From: Planktothrix sp. GU0601_MAG3
Lineage (GTDB): Bacteria > Cyanobacteriota > Cyanobacteriia > Cyanobacteriales > Microcoleaceae
Assembly: GCA_035193785.1 (NCBI GenBank)
Contig: CP136572.1
Span: 736,001-800,000 of the forward strand
Direction: 5' to 3'
Length of the DNA: 64,000 bases
Shown here piece by piece: positions 11,454 to 22,983 of the stretch. A model generated the notes under the pieces. That model made no database searches. It was not told the origin of the DNA and saw nothing but the letters and a program-made list of their open reading frames with translations. The position numbers and the translations under genes were made by a program. Numbering within the stretch: the stretch's first letter is position 1; every line of letters begins with the position of its first letter.

Positions 11454-12777
11454 TTACTTTTTCTCTGCATGAATATAATCTACAAAATAAAATTTGGGTT
11501 CTAAATAATATTTTAACCATCCATAAATGCCTAATCCGAAAAGAGCGATCGCGATTAAGGGAATACCCCATTGTAATCGAATAGGATCGGACATTAAAGC
11601 GACAGAGGAAACCGTTAATACAAAATAAATTAATAAACCCAACTGTAATTTTTTAATAGTGTTTAAGGCGTTGCTACAGCTACTACAGTGTTGAGTATGT
11701 TGGTGATAGGTGTCGAGTAGTTGTTGACGGTTATCATTAAAAGGGAAATAATCGGGGACTGGTATATTCAGTTGTTTCCAAGGTAATTCTCCTTGAGAAT
11801 AGCGATCAAACCATTTGCGGAATTCAATAATTAAACGATCGGCACTTGTTGGCATTTTATAAGAGGTTTTCCAAGTTTCCCCTGCGGGCTTTTGCTGTAA
11901 GAAACGTTCCTGTTGATGGAGTAAAACCATATCGCTATCAAAGACTAAATTCCGCAGCATAATATGTTCCCACCATAAAGGAGTAATGCGATGTAAAGTT
12001 TTAGAAAAGTTTTGGGCAAATAAACCAATTGCTCGTGATTTTCCGGGTAATACAGGGATACAATAAACCAAAATTTGCATTTTTTTACCACTGGGAAATG
12101 CAATCTCATACTCTAAACGACAAGGCGGTTTCAAATTGAATACTACGGAGATATCCTGGCGTATTAACTTCTATTAAATTTAGACTTGATGCTATTAGTT
12201 CTAAGGGGACAGGTCGGGCTTGTTCTCGTCTTCCTTGTATGCCATGATGAGCAATGGGAACATGGCTAGGATCGGCAATATTTTCAACTAATGTTGACCA
12301 ATCATATTCTAATTCTCGAAAATAGGAAGTCCAAACAAATCCGTTTTCAAGATTAATTTTAGGGGATAAAGGTAAGGGGGTTTTTGCTGCTAATTCCGCC
12401 GATAAGGGATCAGCCCAAACCCACAATATATCCTGTTCTTCTCGGGTTGGAAAGACTTGAACGCAAAATTTATCTTTAACTAATTCGGGGTTTTCTGCTT
12501 GAGGAATCCGGCTACAAATCCCTTGGGAATCAAATTCCCAACCGTGATAACTACACATTAAATTTCCAGTTTTCTCGTCGATTCTGCCTTCACTTAAAGA
12601 GGCTAAACGATGGGGACATTGATCTAAAAAAACTTGATAGTGTTGTTGTTGGAGGGGTTTCCAAATTACTAAACGAATTCCTAACACCGTTATAGCTTTG
12701 GGTCGTTTAGGGTCAATATCCGTCAGAATTGATAGGGGATACCATTGTTGAAAAAAGTTGAATTGTGTTTCTGTCAT
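11454..12777 (-). CDS. Rieske [2Fe-2S] oxygenase, pheophorbide a oxygenase (PaO)-like (1 apparent frameshift at 12128-12132)
   Basis: CPHRLA...CSYHGW Rieske motif, ENIADPSHVPIAHHG mononuclear Fe motif, C-terminal HTQHCSSC. Confidence 0.85.
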
Positions 12778-12866
12778 GGTTTTGTTTGCAAATACTTTAT
12801 ATATTAAGGAACAGGATTTAAAAGTGTCCTAACTGTAATGCGTATTGCTATAGAATGCAACCTCAG

Positions 12867-14141
12867 CTACAGATCACTTAATTCTGCGAATAATGTAGAT
12901 AAGATTTGATTGGAAACTAAAAAACCATCGGGGTCTGTAAATCGGATAAATCCTTGATTTAATTCCGGTTGAATGGGGTTAGAAATAGGTTGTTTTTGGA
13001 TATCCAAAAATTGCACTAATCCTTGCTGTTCAAAAGGAATTAATATTGTTAATATTTGGCTTAGGGTTTCGGCTCCAAATTGTTGTAATAGATATTCTAA
13101 ATTAATTCCTTCTGTTAACCGGAATCCTAACATTAAGGTTTCTAATAGTCTTTCTTGGGTTGTATCGACAAATTCAGCAATATTGTATGAGTAATTACCA
13201 TTAACCCAAGCATAATATTCTTGTCGTTTTCGAGGTCGAGTTAGGCGATAACCCTGAAGATAACTTGCCGCCCCCATACCAAATCCATAATAGGGTTGTT
13301 TTTTCCAGTAGACTAAATTATGTTGACATTGAAATCCGGGTTTGGCATAGTTAGAAATTTCGTAATGTTCATAACCAGCTTGTGTTAATAGGTGTTGAGC
13401 TAAACGATACATTTGGGCGGTGGATTCTTCCGTGGGTAAGGGAAATTCCCCCGGAGTATAATATCGAGAAAATGGCGTTTTATCTTCGACTATTAAGTCA
13501 TAAATTGAGATATGATTGGGGTTAATTTTTAATAGAGTTTTTAAGGAATATTCCCAATCCTCTAAGGTTTGTTCGGGTAAACCGGAAATTAAATCTAAAC
13601 TCCAGTTTTGCATCCCAGTTTTTTCAATAATATTAATAGCTGAAAAAATTTCATCGACGGTATGCGATCGCCCGGCTAATTGTAAGAGTTTATCCTGAAA
13701 TCCTTGCACCCCTAAACTGATTCTATTTATCCCCAAATCCAGAAAACCTTGTAATTTTTCCTGATCAAAAGTTCCGGGGTCTACTTCCATAGAAATTTCT
13801 GCATCCGTGGCAATACCCAACTTTTGATCCACTAAATGTAAAATTTGTTCTAACTGATTAACCGATAATAAGGAAGGAGTTCCCCCGCCAAAGAAAACGG
13901 TTTTTAAAGGGGAAATATTAGAAGAAACCGATGTTTGGGAAATTTCCTGACATAATACTTTTACATAGTCTTGAATTATGGCAGAATTATCCCCATGTTT
14001 GCGATCGCCCACCACCGATACGGCAAAATCACAGTAAAAACAACGGCGACGACAAAAAGGAATATGTAAATATACGGATCTGGGGGATTCTAAGGGGGGA
14101 AAACCGGATTCAGATGAATTAACAATAGAAAAATTATTCAT
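12867..14141 (-). CDS. hemW: Radical SAM heme chaperone HemW (HemN-like)
   Basis: YLHIPFCRRRCFYCDF, GGGTPS, YEISNYA and HNLVYW motifs. Confidence 0.88.
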   Translation of the reverse strand: MNNFSIVNSSESGFPPLESPRSVYLHIPFCRRRCFYCDFAVSVVGDRKHGDNSAIIQDYVKVLCQEISQTSVSSNISPLKTVFFGGGTPSLLSVNQLEQILHLVDQKLGIATDAEISMEVDPGTFDQEKLQGFLDLGINRISLGVQGFQDKLLQLAGRSHTVDEIFSAINIIEKTGMQNWSLDLISGLPEQTLEDWEYSLKTLLKINPNHISIYDLIVEDKTPFSRYYTPGEFPLPTEESTAQMYRLAQHLLTQAGYEHYEISNYAKPGFQCQHNLVYWKKQPYYGFGMGAASYLQGYRLTRPRKRQEYYAWVNGNYSYNIAEFVDTTQERLLETLMLGFRLTEGINLEYLLQQFGAETLSQILTILIPFEQQGLVQFLDIQKQPISNPIQPELNQGFIRFTDPDGFLVSNQILSTLFAELSDL

Positions 14142-14468
14142 AAGATTTTATACAAACTGTAACTTTTTCCGATTCAATTCTAAAGTTTTTCTGAAGAATT
14201 GGCAGAATTAGGGAAAAATTGCCCCTACCTACTTTGAAACCAAAATAAAGATGGAAAAGTCCTGAAAAAGCATGATGGGGGAGGATATAATCTTTTTTTT
14301 ATCAGGTTTTTCGAGAATTTTGAATACCGATAAAGTCAAGAAAATAGGTGCGGTCGGTTTTCCCTAACCCCCGAATACCGATCGGGTTTCCCACAGAGGA
14401 TATAATGGTACACAAACATACGGATATCCTGAATAGGATTTCCCACCCACTTCCATCGGCTTAAAATC

Positions 14469-15549
14469 ATGCTAGATGCAATCATTATTATTTTATTCAT
14501 AATAGCTGGTGCTGGGACGGGCTTCTACGGCATTGAATTGCTTCCGAAACCCGTACTCGATCAGGTCACAAATATCGAGGGACTGCGATCGGTTACGGGT
14601 GCATTTACGGCTTTAATCGGGGGCGTCATGGGTTTAGTGGTGCAAACCACCTACCGTCGCCTAGAAGAAACAAGTACGCCAGATGCCCCTTGATGTCTTG
14701 ATCACCCGTGCTATCGGTTTAGTGATTGGATTATTAGTTGCCAATCTAATGTTAGCACCGTTATTTTTACTGCCAATTCCCCGGGAATTTGGGTTTATTA
14801 AACCCCTATTTGCGGTGTTATCTAGTGCTATGTTTGGATTCACTGGAATTAATTTAGCGGATACCCACGGACGGGCATTTTTCAGAATTATTAATCCCAG
14901 TAGTTTGGACTCAATGTTATTGGCAGAAGGAAGCCTGAAACCTGCTTATACCAAAGTAATTGATACCAGTTGTATTATTGATGGTCGGATTGAAAGTTTG
15001 TTAGAAACAGGTTTTATTGAAGGTCAAATTTTAGTACCCCAGTTTATTTTACAGGAGTTACAGTTAGTTGCTGATGCCGCCAATGATCAGAAACGGGTGC
15101 GAGGACGGCGAGGATTAGATATTTTAAATCGTCTACGAGAAGAATATCCCGATCAGATTTCTATTCATCCCATTGATTATGAAGAAACGCAAACTGTTGA
15201 TGCCAAATTAGTCCGATTTGCTCAAGAAATCAATGCCACACTATTAACAAATGATTATAATTTGTCAAAAGTGGCAACGGTACAACAGGTTCCGGTTTTG
15301 AATATTAATGATTTGGTGCAAGCGATTCGTCCCTCCTATTTACCTGGGGATATTATTGATTTAAAAATTCGCAAGGAAGGCAAAGAACCTTCCCAGGGAA
15401 TCGGTTATTTAGATGATGGCACAATGGTGGTTGTTGAAGCCGGAAGTGAATATGTGGGAGATCAGGTGCGAGTGATTGTCACCAGTTCCCTGCAAACTTC
15501 CGCCGGTCGGATGATTTTTGCCCGTCCTGAACATTCGGTTGTGGCTTGA
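14469..15549 (+). CDS. Membrane PIN/TRAM domain protein (YacL-like; 1 apparent frameshift at 14667-14671)
   Basis: N-terminal TM helices, DTSCIIDGRI PIN motif, TNDYNL, GYLDDGTMVVVE and QTSAGRMIFA TRAM motifs. Confidence 0.88.
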
Positions 15550-15637
15550 ATTTGTAGTAGGGAAAAGGGAACAGGGAACAGGCTCACGACGCAGCCTGTT
15601 CCCTCTCTCAACTAGGTAATTTATTTTGTGTAACCAC

Positions 15638-17830
15638 TTATATTGAATTAATCACAAATTGACTAATAATTTCTGGCTGACGATTAATAATATTAGCAGG
15701 AATTGATTGAATATCTGTTTCCGTATAGGGTTCAATTCCATAGACATTAACTTGTAGTTTTTGAGTTTGTGGATCAACAATAAATTCAGTCCAACCAAAG
15801 TTATGTACCGCAAAATAAGAGCCTTTAATTAACTCAGTATTGGGTTGAGTTTCATCTAAACCAATCGGGTCATATCCGAATTGATTCAGTTGATTATTCA
15901 GAATATTTTGGACTAATTGATCTTTACTTGAAGCCGTATCTAACCCGGCATAAAAATCCTTAGTATCTTGGGTAATGGTATCAATAGAACTAAAATTCAT
16001 AATTTCTGACCCCCAAGTTCCAGGGATAAAGCTTTCACCCAAATCTAACTGATAACCAATCGGCCCAACCGTAATTTCAATGGCATCGGTTTGAATTTGG
16101 GGCTGATCAAAATTCAATTGATAGCTTAACTCATTGACAATTGTTCCCCCGGCACCTCCCGAAACAAAAACAACATTTTCGATATTATTTTGATCAATAA
16201 ATTGTAATAAATCCCGACGTTCGGCAGCATATCCTTCCCAACGGTTAGCAGAATCATATAATCCTAAATTCTGAATGGGAACCGGAGAAAAAACAAATTT
16301 CCAACTGACTCCAGTATTTTGGGCGTCTAATAAATCAATCTTTAAATCCTCTAATTGGGCTTTTCCTAATAACGTCCGGTTAGGGTCAAAAGCAGATGCT
16401 AAAAATTGATTAATTTGACTGTCTAAAGCTGGGTCAGGAACTTGAGGTAAAGGTGCATCTCTAAAAGAACGTGCATCTAAGACAAATAACGCCCCATCAC
16501 TGCCAAAAGGTTGATATCTATAAAGTTTATCTTGATTAGTAGTGCGGGGGTCTCCGGTTTCTCCATAGACTTGATTTCCTACTGGATTATAGTCTTTCCA
16601 AGCTTGCAAACCGATGTTAAATTGATCAGTATTATTAATAAATTGTCCGTCAGTTCCAAAAAATAATTGTTGAGCAGATAAAGCGGGAATTTCTCCTCCA
16701 GCAAAACCCGTAATTAAATTTTGATCATTCCACGTTCCATAAAGTGCGGTTGATGCTTGTAAATTTGCCCAAGGATTTAGACCTAAACGGGGGGAAACAA
16801 TCTCATTATATTTAGTGCTAAAATCTAGGGGAGTAACCGCTTGTTGAACTTCCGGTAAATCGGGGGAAATCGTATCCGCAGAAATGGTATTTCCCAGCCC
16901 TACAAAAAAGTCTAAATTGCGTTCAGGAACATTATTAACTGACATATAGGGCATTAATTCCCCCTGTCCGTCGGCGGTGGCTCCAAATCTTAATCCCTGT
17001 TGGGTTCCAATAGCTGCTGGAGTGCGAAAACTGCCCACCGATGATGTGCCTTCTGCATTAGTAAACCGATAAAAATATTGGGTATCGGGGGTTAAATTAT
17101 TGGCTGCTAATTTAACGGGTTCGGTAATATCGGTAACGGTGGTATAAAGAATACCTAAAGGATTAATAAAACTCAGATTATTGGCATATTCCAGACTAAC
17201 AGTTCCCGCCGCCGAACTGCGGGTTAAAAATACCGTGGAATTGGGGGTTGTATCCCCGGTGGCGACTCGATTAGGTAAACTAGAACCTTGGGGTTGAATA
17301 AAGGGGGTAAATTGACGATTTTGGGCGGCTCCAAAGTTAATATAATGTTCAATTCCGGTGAGTTCATCCCGGGCAACGGCAAAGGCAACATCGGGATTTT
17401 GGGCTAAATAATATTTAGAATTATAAAGGGGGGTGGGACTGCGATCTTCAAACTGTCCAAAGTTAACAAAATGTTCAATTCCCGTAATATTTCCCTGGGC
17501 AACAATGGCAGCAAGAGATGGATTTTCTGTTAAATAATAGGTACTATCAAATAAAATACTGGGGCTGCGATTTTCCAACTGTCCCAGATTAATATAATGT
17601 TCAAATCCACTGGCAAAAGCTCCACTTTTAACCCATTGGGCAACGTCGGGATTTGTAGCTAAATAATAGGATTCATCGTAGAGGGGACTGGGCTGGCGAA
17701 CTTGAAATTGACCAGACTCGATAAAGTGTTGAAATCCATTGGCAATAATTCCACTAGCAACGGCCGCCGCCACATCGGGATTTTGTGCTAAATAAAAGGA
17801 TTCATTAAATAAGCCATTTGCCTGTAACAT
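15638..17830 (-). CDS. PhoD-like alkaline phosphatase family protein with N-terminal F(N/D)ExxYLAxNPDVA repeats; active site degenerate
   Basis: Four N-terminal NPDVA...GxxHF repeats; VATGDTT, YFYRF, LDARSFRD, RTLLGKAQL and RWEGYAAER PhoD-type motifs. Confidence 0.75.
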   Translation of the reverse strand: MLQANGLFNESFYLAQNPDVAAAVASGIIANGFQHFIESGQFQVRQPSPLYDESYYLATNPDVAQWVKSGAFASGFEHYINLGQLENRSPSILFDSTYYLTENPSLAAIVAQGNITGIEHFVNFGQFEDRSPTPLYNSKYYLAQNPDVAFAVARDELTGIEHYINFGAAQNRQFTPFIQPQGSSLPNRVATGDTTPNSTVFLTRSSAAGTVSLEYANNLSFINPLGILYTTVTDITEPVKLAANNLTPDTQYFYRFTNAEGTSSVGSFRTPAAIGTQQGLRFGATADGQGELMPYMSVNNVPERNLDFFVGLGNTISADTISPDLPEVQQAVTPLDFSTKYNEIVSPRLGLNPWANLQASTALYGTWNDQNLITGFAGGEIPALSAQQLFFGTDGQFINNTDQFNIGLQAWKDYNPVGNQVYGETGDPRTTNQDKLYRYQPFGSDGALFVLDARSFRDAPLPQVPDPALDSQINQFLASAFDPNRTLLGKAQLEDLKIDLLDAQNTGVSWKFVFSPVPIQNLGLYDSANRWEGYAAERRDLLQFIDQNNIENVVFVSGGAGGTIVNELSYQLNFDQPQIQTDAIEITVGPIGYQLDLGESFIPGTWGSEIMNFSSIDTITQDTKDFYAGLDTASSKDQLVQNILNNQLNQFGYDPIGLDETQPNTELIKGSYFAVHNFGWTEFIVDPQTQKLQVNVYGIEPYTETDIQSIPANIINRQPEIISQFVINSI

Positions 17831-17922
17831 AAATACAATTTAATAGGGGATTAATCTAGGATTTAACCCAAATTCTATTCTGGGCTGGCTTTAGATGTCA
17901 AACCCCTACAATTTCCCAGAAA

Positions 17923-18850
17923 TTAATTAAATAGACTTAAGTTTAAAGTTCTCACCATTTTTTCAATAAAAAATAAACCCCCAATAGAATTTCCTTGGGG
18001 ATCAAGGGGCGGACTATAACAAGCGATCGCCCCCTGTCGCGGAATAATTGATAATACCGCCCCACTCACCCCCGATTTAGTCGGGACTCCCACCTTCACC
18101 GCAAACTGTCCCGAGGTTTCGTATAACCCACAGGTGAGCATTAAGGTTTTGACGGTGCGACTGGCAATTTCCCATGGGAGGTTAGTGGGTTGTAGCAATA
18201 ACAAACCCAATTTTGCTAAGTCTGAAATGGTGGCCGATAAACAACAGATTTGGTTATAGGTATCCAGGGTGATCTCGGGATGCTCCAGATAGCCCGCAGC
18301 CGCCAGGGTGGAAACCAGGGCTTGGTTTTTGGCGTTGGGGGCTGAAACGCACGGACTCCAGAATATCCGGGTCTAAGACTAACTGACAATCGGCCAATTG
18401 ATTTAACCAGGAACAGAGATACTGACGGCGAGTATCTGCATCCTTTCCGGGGAGTAGTCCAGCTAGGGCGATCGCCCCACTATTAATCATGGGATTGCGG
18501 GGCCATCCGCCATCGGACTCTAGCTGTTTGAGGGAATTAAACGGTTGATCCGAAGGTTGCACCCCCACCCGTTGGAAGACCCGATCCTCCCCCAATTCCA
18601 GCAGTCGATTCAATAATAAAAAGCACTTGATCACACTCATCACCGGAAATCGGAGGGTTTCATTCCCCGCCTGATAGGATTGGCCCTGGATCGTCAGGAT
18701 TTTAACCCCGAATTCCTGGGGGTTCACCTGGGCTAATGGGGGAACATAGCTGGGTAATTGGCCTAATTGACTCCGTTGTTGTCCTTCCTTCACCCAGGTA
18801 TTGAGTTCAGCCTGGGTTAACCCATCGAATGGCTTCGGCCCTATATTCAC
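17923..18850 (-). CDS. glsA: Glutaminase (1 apparent frameshift at 18344-18348)
   Basis: SxxK motif MSVIK, NPMINSGAI, CGLYE..G.FA..VG.PTKSGVSG, SPPLD..GNS; start approximate. Confidence 0.88.
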
Positions 18851-18941
18851 TGAGAATCCCTCCCCATATCTTTTTTTCAGTTTAGCTTTCACTGCCCAAC
18901 TCAGCCCAAAGCCCCCTGAAAAAAAATTTTCCCAGAAAGGC

Positions 18942-18970
18942 TTGACAAATTAGAAAAAAGCAGTAATAAT
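18942..18970 (+). promoter_or_regulatory. Sigma70-type promoter of tRNA-Asp
   Basis: TTGACA at 18942-18947 and TAATAAT about 16-17 nt downstream, upstream of the tRNA. Confidence 0.6.
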
Positions 18971-19002
18971 AAAAATTGTCGCAAAAAAAAGAACGACAGC
19001 AA

Positions 19003-19076
19003 GGGACTGTAGTTCAATTGGTTAGAGCACCGCCCTGTCACGGCGGAAGTTGCGGGTTCGAGCCCCGTCAGTCCCG
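19003..19076 (+). tRNA. tRNA-Asp(GTC)
   Basis: GGGACTG acceptor stem pairs with CAGTCCC; anticodon arm CCGCC-CT-GTC-AC-GGCGG; GGTTCGAGCCC T-arm. Confidence 0.97.
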
Positions 19077-19113
19077 TTCTAAAGGTTAAAAATAAAAATA
19101 ATAGTCACCCGTT

Positions 19114-20227
19114 CCCAAGAAACTGGGCTTCTAATTAAGTTAATTACAATAAATCAAGATATCTTGAGAAACCCGGTTTCTGACAATTGTTGATAGTGGG
19201 GGGCGGGTTTATTTAGATTTCTGCTGATTAACCAAGATTAACGCGAACCTGCCCCTACGGTTTGGGTAATATTAAGATAATTAGGGTGGTTGTCATGGGT
19301 TGATTTAGAAACAAGCGATCGCACTTTCTCATATTATCAAATCCCCCAATTGTAGGGGCGGGTTCGAGACAATCTCTGTTAATTAGCAAAAATCTGGCTA
19401 AACCCGCCCCAAATGCGATCGCAATACCCAAAGAAACCCGGTTTCTAATTAAATTAATTACTACAAATCAAGATATCTTGAGAAACCCGGTTTCTGAAGG
19501 CGATCGCAAATACCCAAAGAAACAGACTTGATAACTTGTGATAGGGGGCGGGTTGATTCAGATTTATGCTGATTAATAAAGATTAACGCGAACCCGCCCC
19601 TACAGTTTAGGTAATATTTAAGATAATTAGGGTGGTTGTCATGGGTTGATTTAGAAACAAGCGATCGCACTTTCCCCTATTATTAAATCCCCCAATTGTA
19701 GGGGCGGGTTCGCGTTCATCTCTGTTAATTAGCAAAAATCTGGCTAAACCCGCCCCGAATGCTAAACCCGCCCCAAATGCGATCGCAATACCCAAAGAAA
19801 CCCGGTTTCTAATTAAATTAATTACTACAAATCAAGATATCTTGAGAAACCCGGTTTCTGAAGGCGATCGCAAATACCCAAAGAAACAGACTTGATAACT
19901 TGTGATAGGGGGCGGGTTGATTCAGATTTATGCTGATTAATAAAGATTAACGCGAACCCGCCCCTACAGTTTAGGTAATATTTAAGATAATTAGGGTGAT
20001 TGTCATGGATTTATTTAGAAACAAGCGATCGCACTTTCCCCTATTATTAAATCCCCCAATTGTAGGGGCGGGTTCGAGACCATCTCTGTTAATTAGCAAA
20101 AATCTGGCTAAACCCGCCCCGAATGCGATCGCAAATACCCAAAGAAACCGGGTTTCTAATTAAGTTAATTGCCACAAATCAAGATATCTTGAGAAACCTG
20201 GTTTCTGCTACTCGAACCCGCCCCTAC
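19114..20227. repeat. Tandem array of ~3.2 composite units (314-364 bp) built from REP-like hairpins
   Basis: Unit starts (AGAAAC) at 19118, 19432, 19796 and 20143; each holds AGAAACCCGGTTTCT palindromes, GTAGGGGCGGGTT/AACCCGCCCCTAC inverted pairs and HIP1 sites. Confidence 0.9.
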
Positions 20228-22928
20228 CGTGCTCGCCACAATTTAATCCTGTTGTCATAACTCCCACTGGCTAACGTCCGACCATCGGGACTGAACGCTA
20301 CAGACACGACAATATGTAAATGTCCGGTGAGAGTGGCAATTTGTCGTTGACTCGGCACATCCCACAATTTGATCGTCCTCTTGCTACTCCCACTGGCTAA
20401 TGTCCGACCATCGGGACTGAAGGCTACAGAAAAGACAACATCTGAATGTCCGGTGATAGTGGCAATTTCCCGTTGACTCGGCACATCCCACAATTTAATC
20501 GTCTTGTCCTTACTCCCACTGGCTAACGTCCGACCATCGGGACTTATGGCTACAGAGCAGACATGATCTGAATGTCCGGTGAGAGTAGCAATTTCCCGTT
20601 GACTCGGCACATCCCACAATTTAATCGTGTCGTCAAAACTCCCACTAGCTAACGTCCGACCATCGGGACAGAAACGCTACAGACCAGACATGATCTGAAT
20701 GTCCGGTGAGAGTGGCAATTTGTTGTTGACTCGAAACATCCCACAATTTAATCGTCTTGTCCCAATTCCCACTGGCTAACGTCCGACCATCGGCACTGAA
20801 AGCTACAGACAAGACACCATTTGAATGTCCGGTGAGAATGGCAATTTCCCGTTGACTCGGCACATCCCACAATTTGATTGTGTCCAAACTCCCACTGGCT
20901 AACGTCCGACCATCGGCACTGAAAGCTACAGACAAGACACCATTTGAATGTCCGGTGAGAATGGCAATTTCCCGTTGACTCGGCACATCCCACAATTTAA
21001 TCGTGTTGTCCAAACCCACACTGGCTAACGTCCGATTATCAAGGCTGAAGGCTACAGACATGACACGATCTGAATGTCCGGTGAGCGTGGTACTCAGAGC
21101 AGCGTTTTGCCAAGAAATATAAGGTGATGGACTAACAGATCGGGGTTGCCACAATTTGATCGTATTGTCTTCACCCCCACTGGCCAACATCCGGCCATTA
21201 GGACTGAAGGCTACAGAGCAGACCACCTGTGAATGTCCGGTGAGAGTGGCAATTTCCCGTTGACTCGGAACATCCCACAATTTAATCGTCTCGTCCCTAC
21301 TCCCACTGGCTAACGTCCGACCATCAAGGCTGAAGACTACAGACCAGACAGAATATGAATGTCCGATGAGAGTGGCAATTTCCCGTTGACTAGCAACATC
21401 CCACAATTTAATCGTCTTATCCCAACTCCCACTGGCTAACGTCCGACCATCGGGACTGAACGCTACAGACATGACATCATGTGAATGTCCGGTGAGAGTA
21501 GCAATTTCCCGTTGACTCGCAACATCCCACAATTTAATCGTCTTGTCCTTACTTCCACTGGCTAACATTCGACCATCAGGACTGAACGCTACAGATATGA
21601 CACAATCTGAATCTCCAGTGAGAGTAGCAATTTCCCGTTGACTCGGAACACCCCACAATTTGATCGTCTTGTCAAAACTCCCACTGGCTAACATCCGACC
21701 ATCAGGACTGAACGCTACAGAGCAGACCACCTGTGAATGTCCGGTGAGCGTGGCAATTTCCCGTTGACTCGCAACATCCCACAATTTGATTGTGTCCAAA
21801 CTCCCACTGGCTAACATCTGACCATCGGGACTGAAGGCTACAGAGATGACACGATCTGAATGTCCGGTGAGCGTGGTAATTGGTCGTTGACTCGCAACAT
21901 CCCACAATTTGATCGTCTGGTCACAACTCCCACTGGCTAACATCTGACCATCGGGACTGAAGGCTACAGACCTGACAATATGTGAATGTCCGGTGAGCGT
22001 GGTAATCAAAGCAGTGTTTTGCCAGGAAATATGCGGTGAGAAACTTTGTAAATCCTGTAAGACTTGATCAGCAGAAGAATAACGATCTCCAATATCTTTT
22101 TTTAATAGCTGATCAAGAACTTCATTTAATTCTGGACTAAGATCTTGCTTGACATATTTTTGCCAATTTTTCGTCCAACTGTAACCGTCATCTAACCATA
22201 ATTCCAGAGGTGAAATTTTAGTTAATAGATAAAAACAAATCACCCCTAAACTATATAAATCACTAGCGGGGTAAGCTTCTCCCCCTTGCATTTGTTCCCG
22301 ACTGGCATATCCATCAGAACCAACACGGGTTCCGATTTGTGTATATACCACCGTTCCTGATAAATCTTTCGCTACCCCAAAATCAATTAACACATATTCC
22401 CCATTTCCACGACGCATAATATTATCGGGTTTGAGGTCACGGTGAATCACCTTTTGCTGGTGAATAAATTCGAGAACAGGTAACAAACTGATTAATAATT
22501 CCTTAACTTGCGGTTCCGTCCAAACTCCTTGTTTTTGTGAAATTTGCTCTAAAGTTTCCCCTTCAATATATTGCTGAATTAAATAGAGTTGATTGTTTTC
22601 TGAAAAATAAGCCCATAACGCCGGAATTTGGGGATGATGTCCCAGTTGTTGTAGTTGTTTCGCTTCTCGTTCAAATAATTCTAAGGCTTTTTGTAGTCCT
22701 GCTGTCCCTTGCATCATCGGAAACAAACTGTTTAACTACACATTTCTCATTCAGTTTATCCCGATCTTCGGCTAAATAAGTCCGACCAAACCCCCCTTGA
22801 CCTAACAGTTTGATCATGCGAAACCGTCCCCGCAGGAAGTCGGGTATGGGGACACCGCAGCTTTGACAATAAACCGTATTATCGGGGTTGTTTGGGTTGG
22901 GACATTGGGGGTTGATGCAACATTTCAT
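20224..22928 (-). CDS. Ser/Thr protein kinase with N-terminal 4-Cys zinc ribbon and 14 WD40 repeats (2 apparent frameshifts)
   Basis: CINPQC...CQSCG; LGQGGFGRTY; HRDLKPDN; DFG; GH..V.SVAFSPDG..LASGS.D.TIKLW repeats; breaks at GAAAC 22720-22724 and 20671-20675. Confidence 0.92.
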
Positions 22929-22983
22929 CGTTCTCAAGGGTTAGAATATTCTCTCTATTTTGTCTCAATTTTGGGAAACTGGA

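Noticed and set aside
19114..20227. CRISPR array or coding region (ORFs 19461..19670, 19607..19795)
   Set aside because: Units are >300 bp without unique spacers; the ORFs are chance translations of palindromic repeats
20224..22030. Diversity-generating retroelement target
   Set aside because: No reverse transcriptase or separate template repeat in the window, and the variation does not look restricted to adenines
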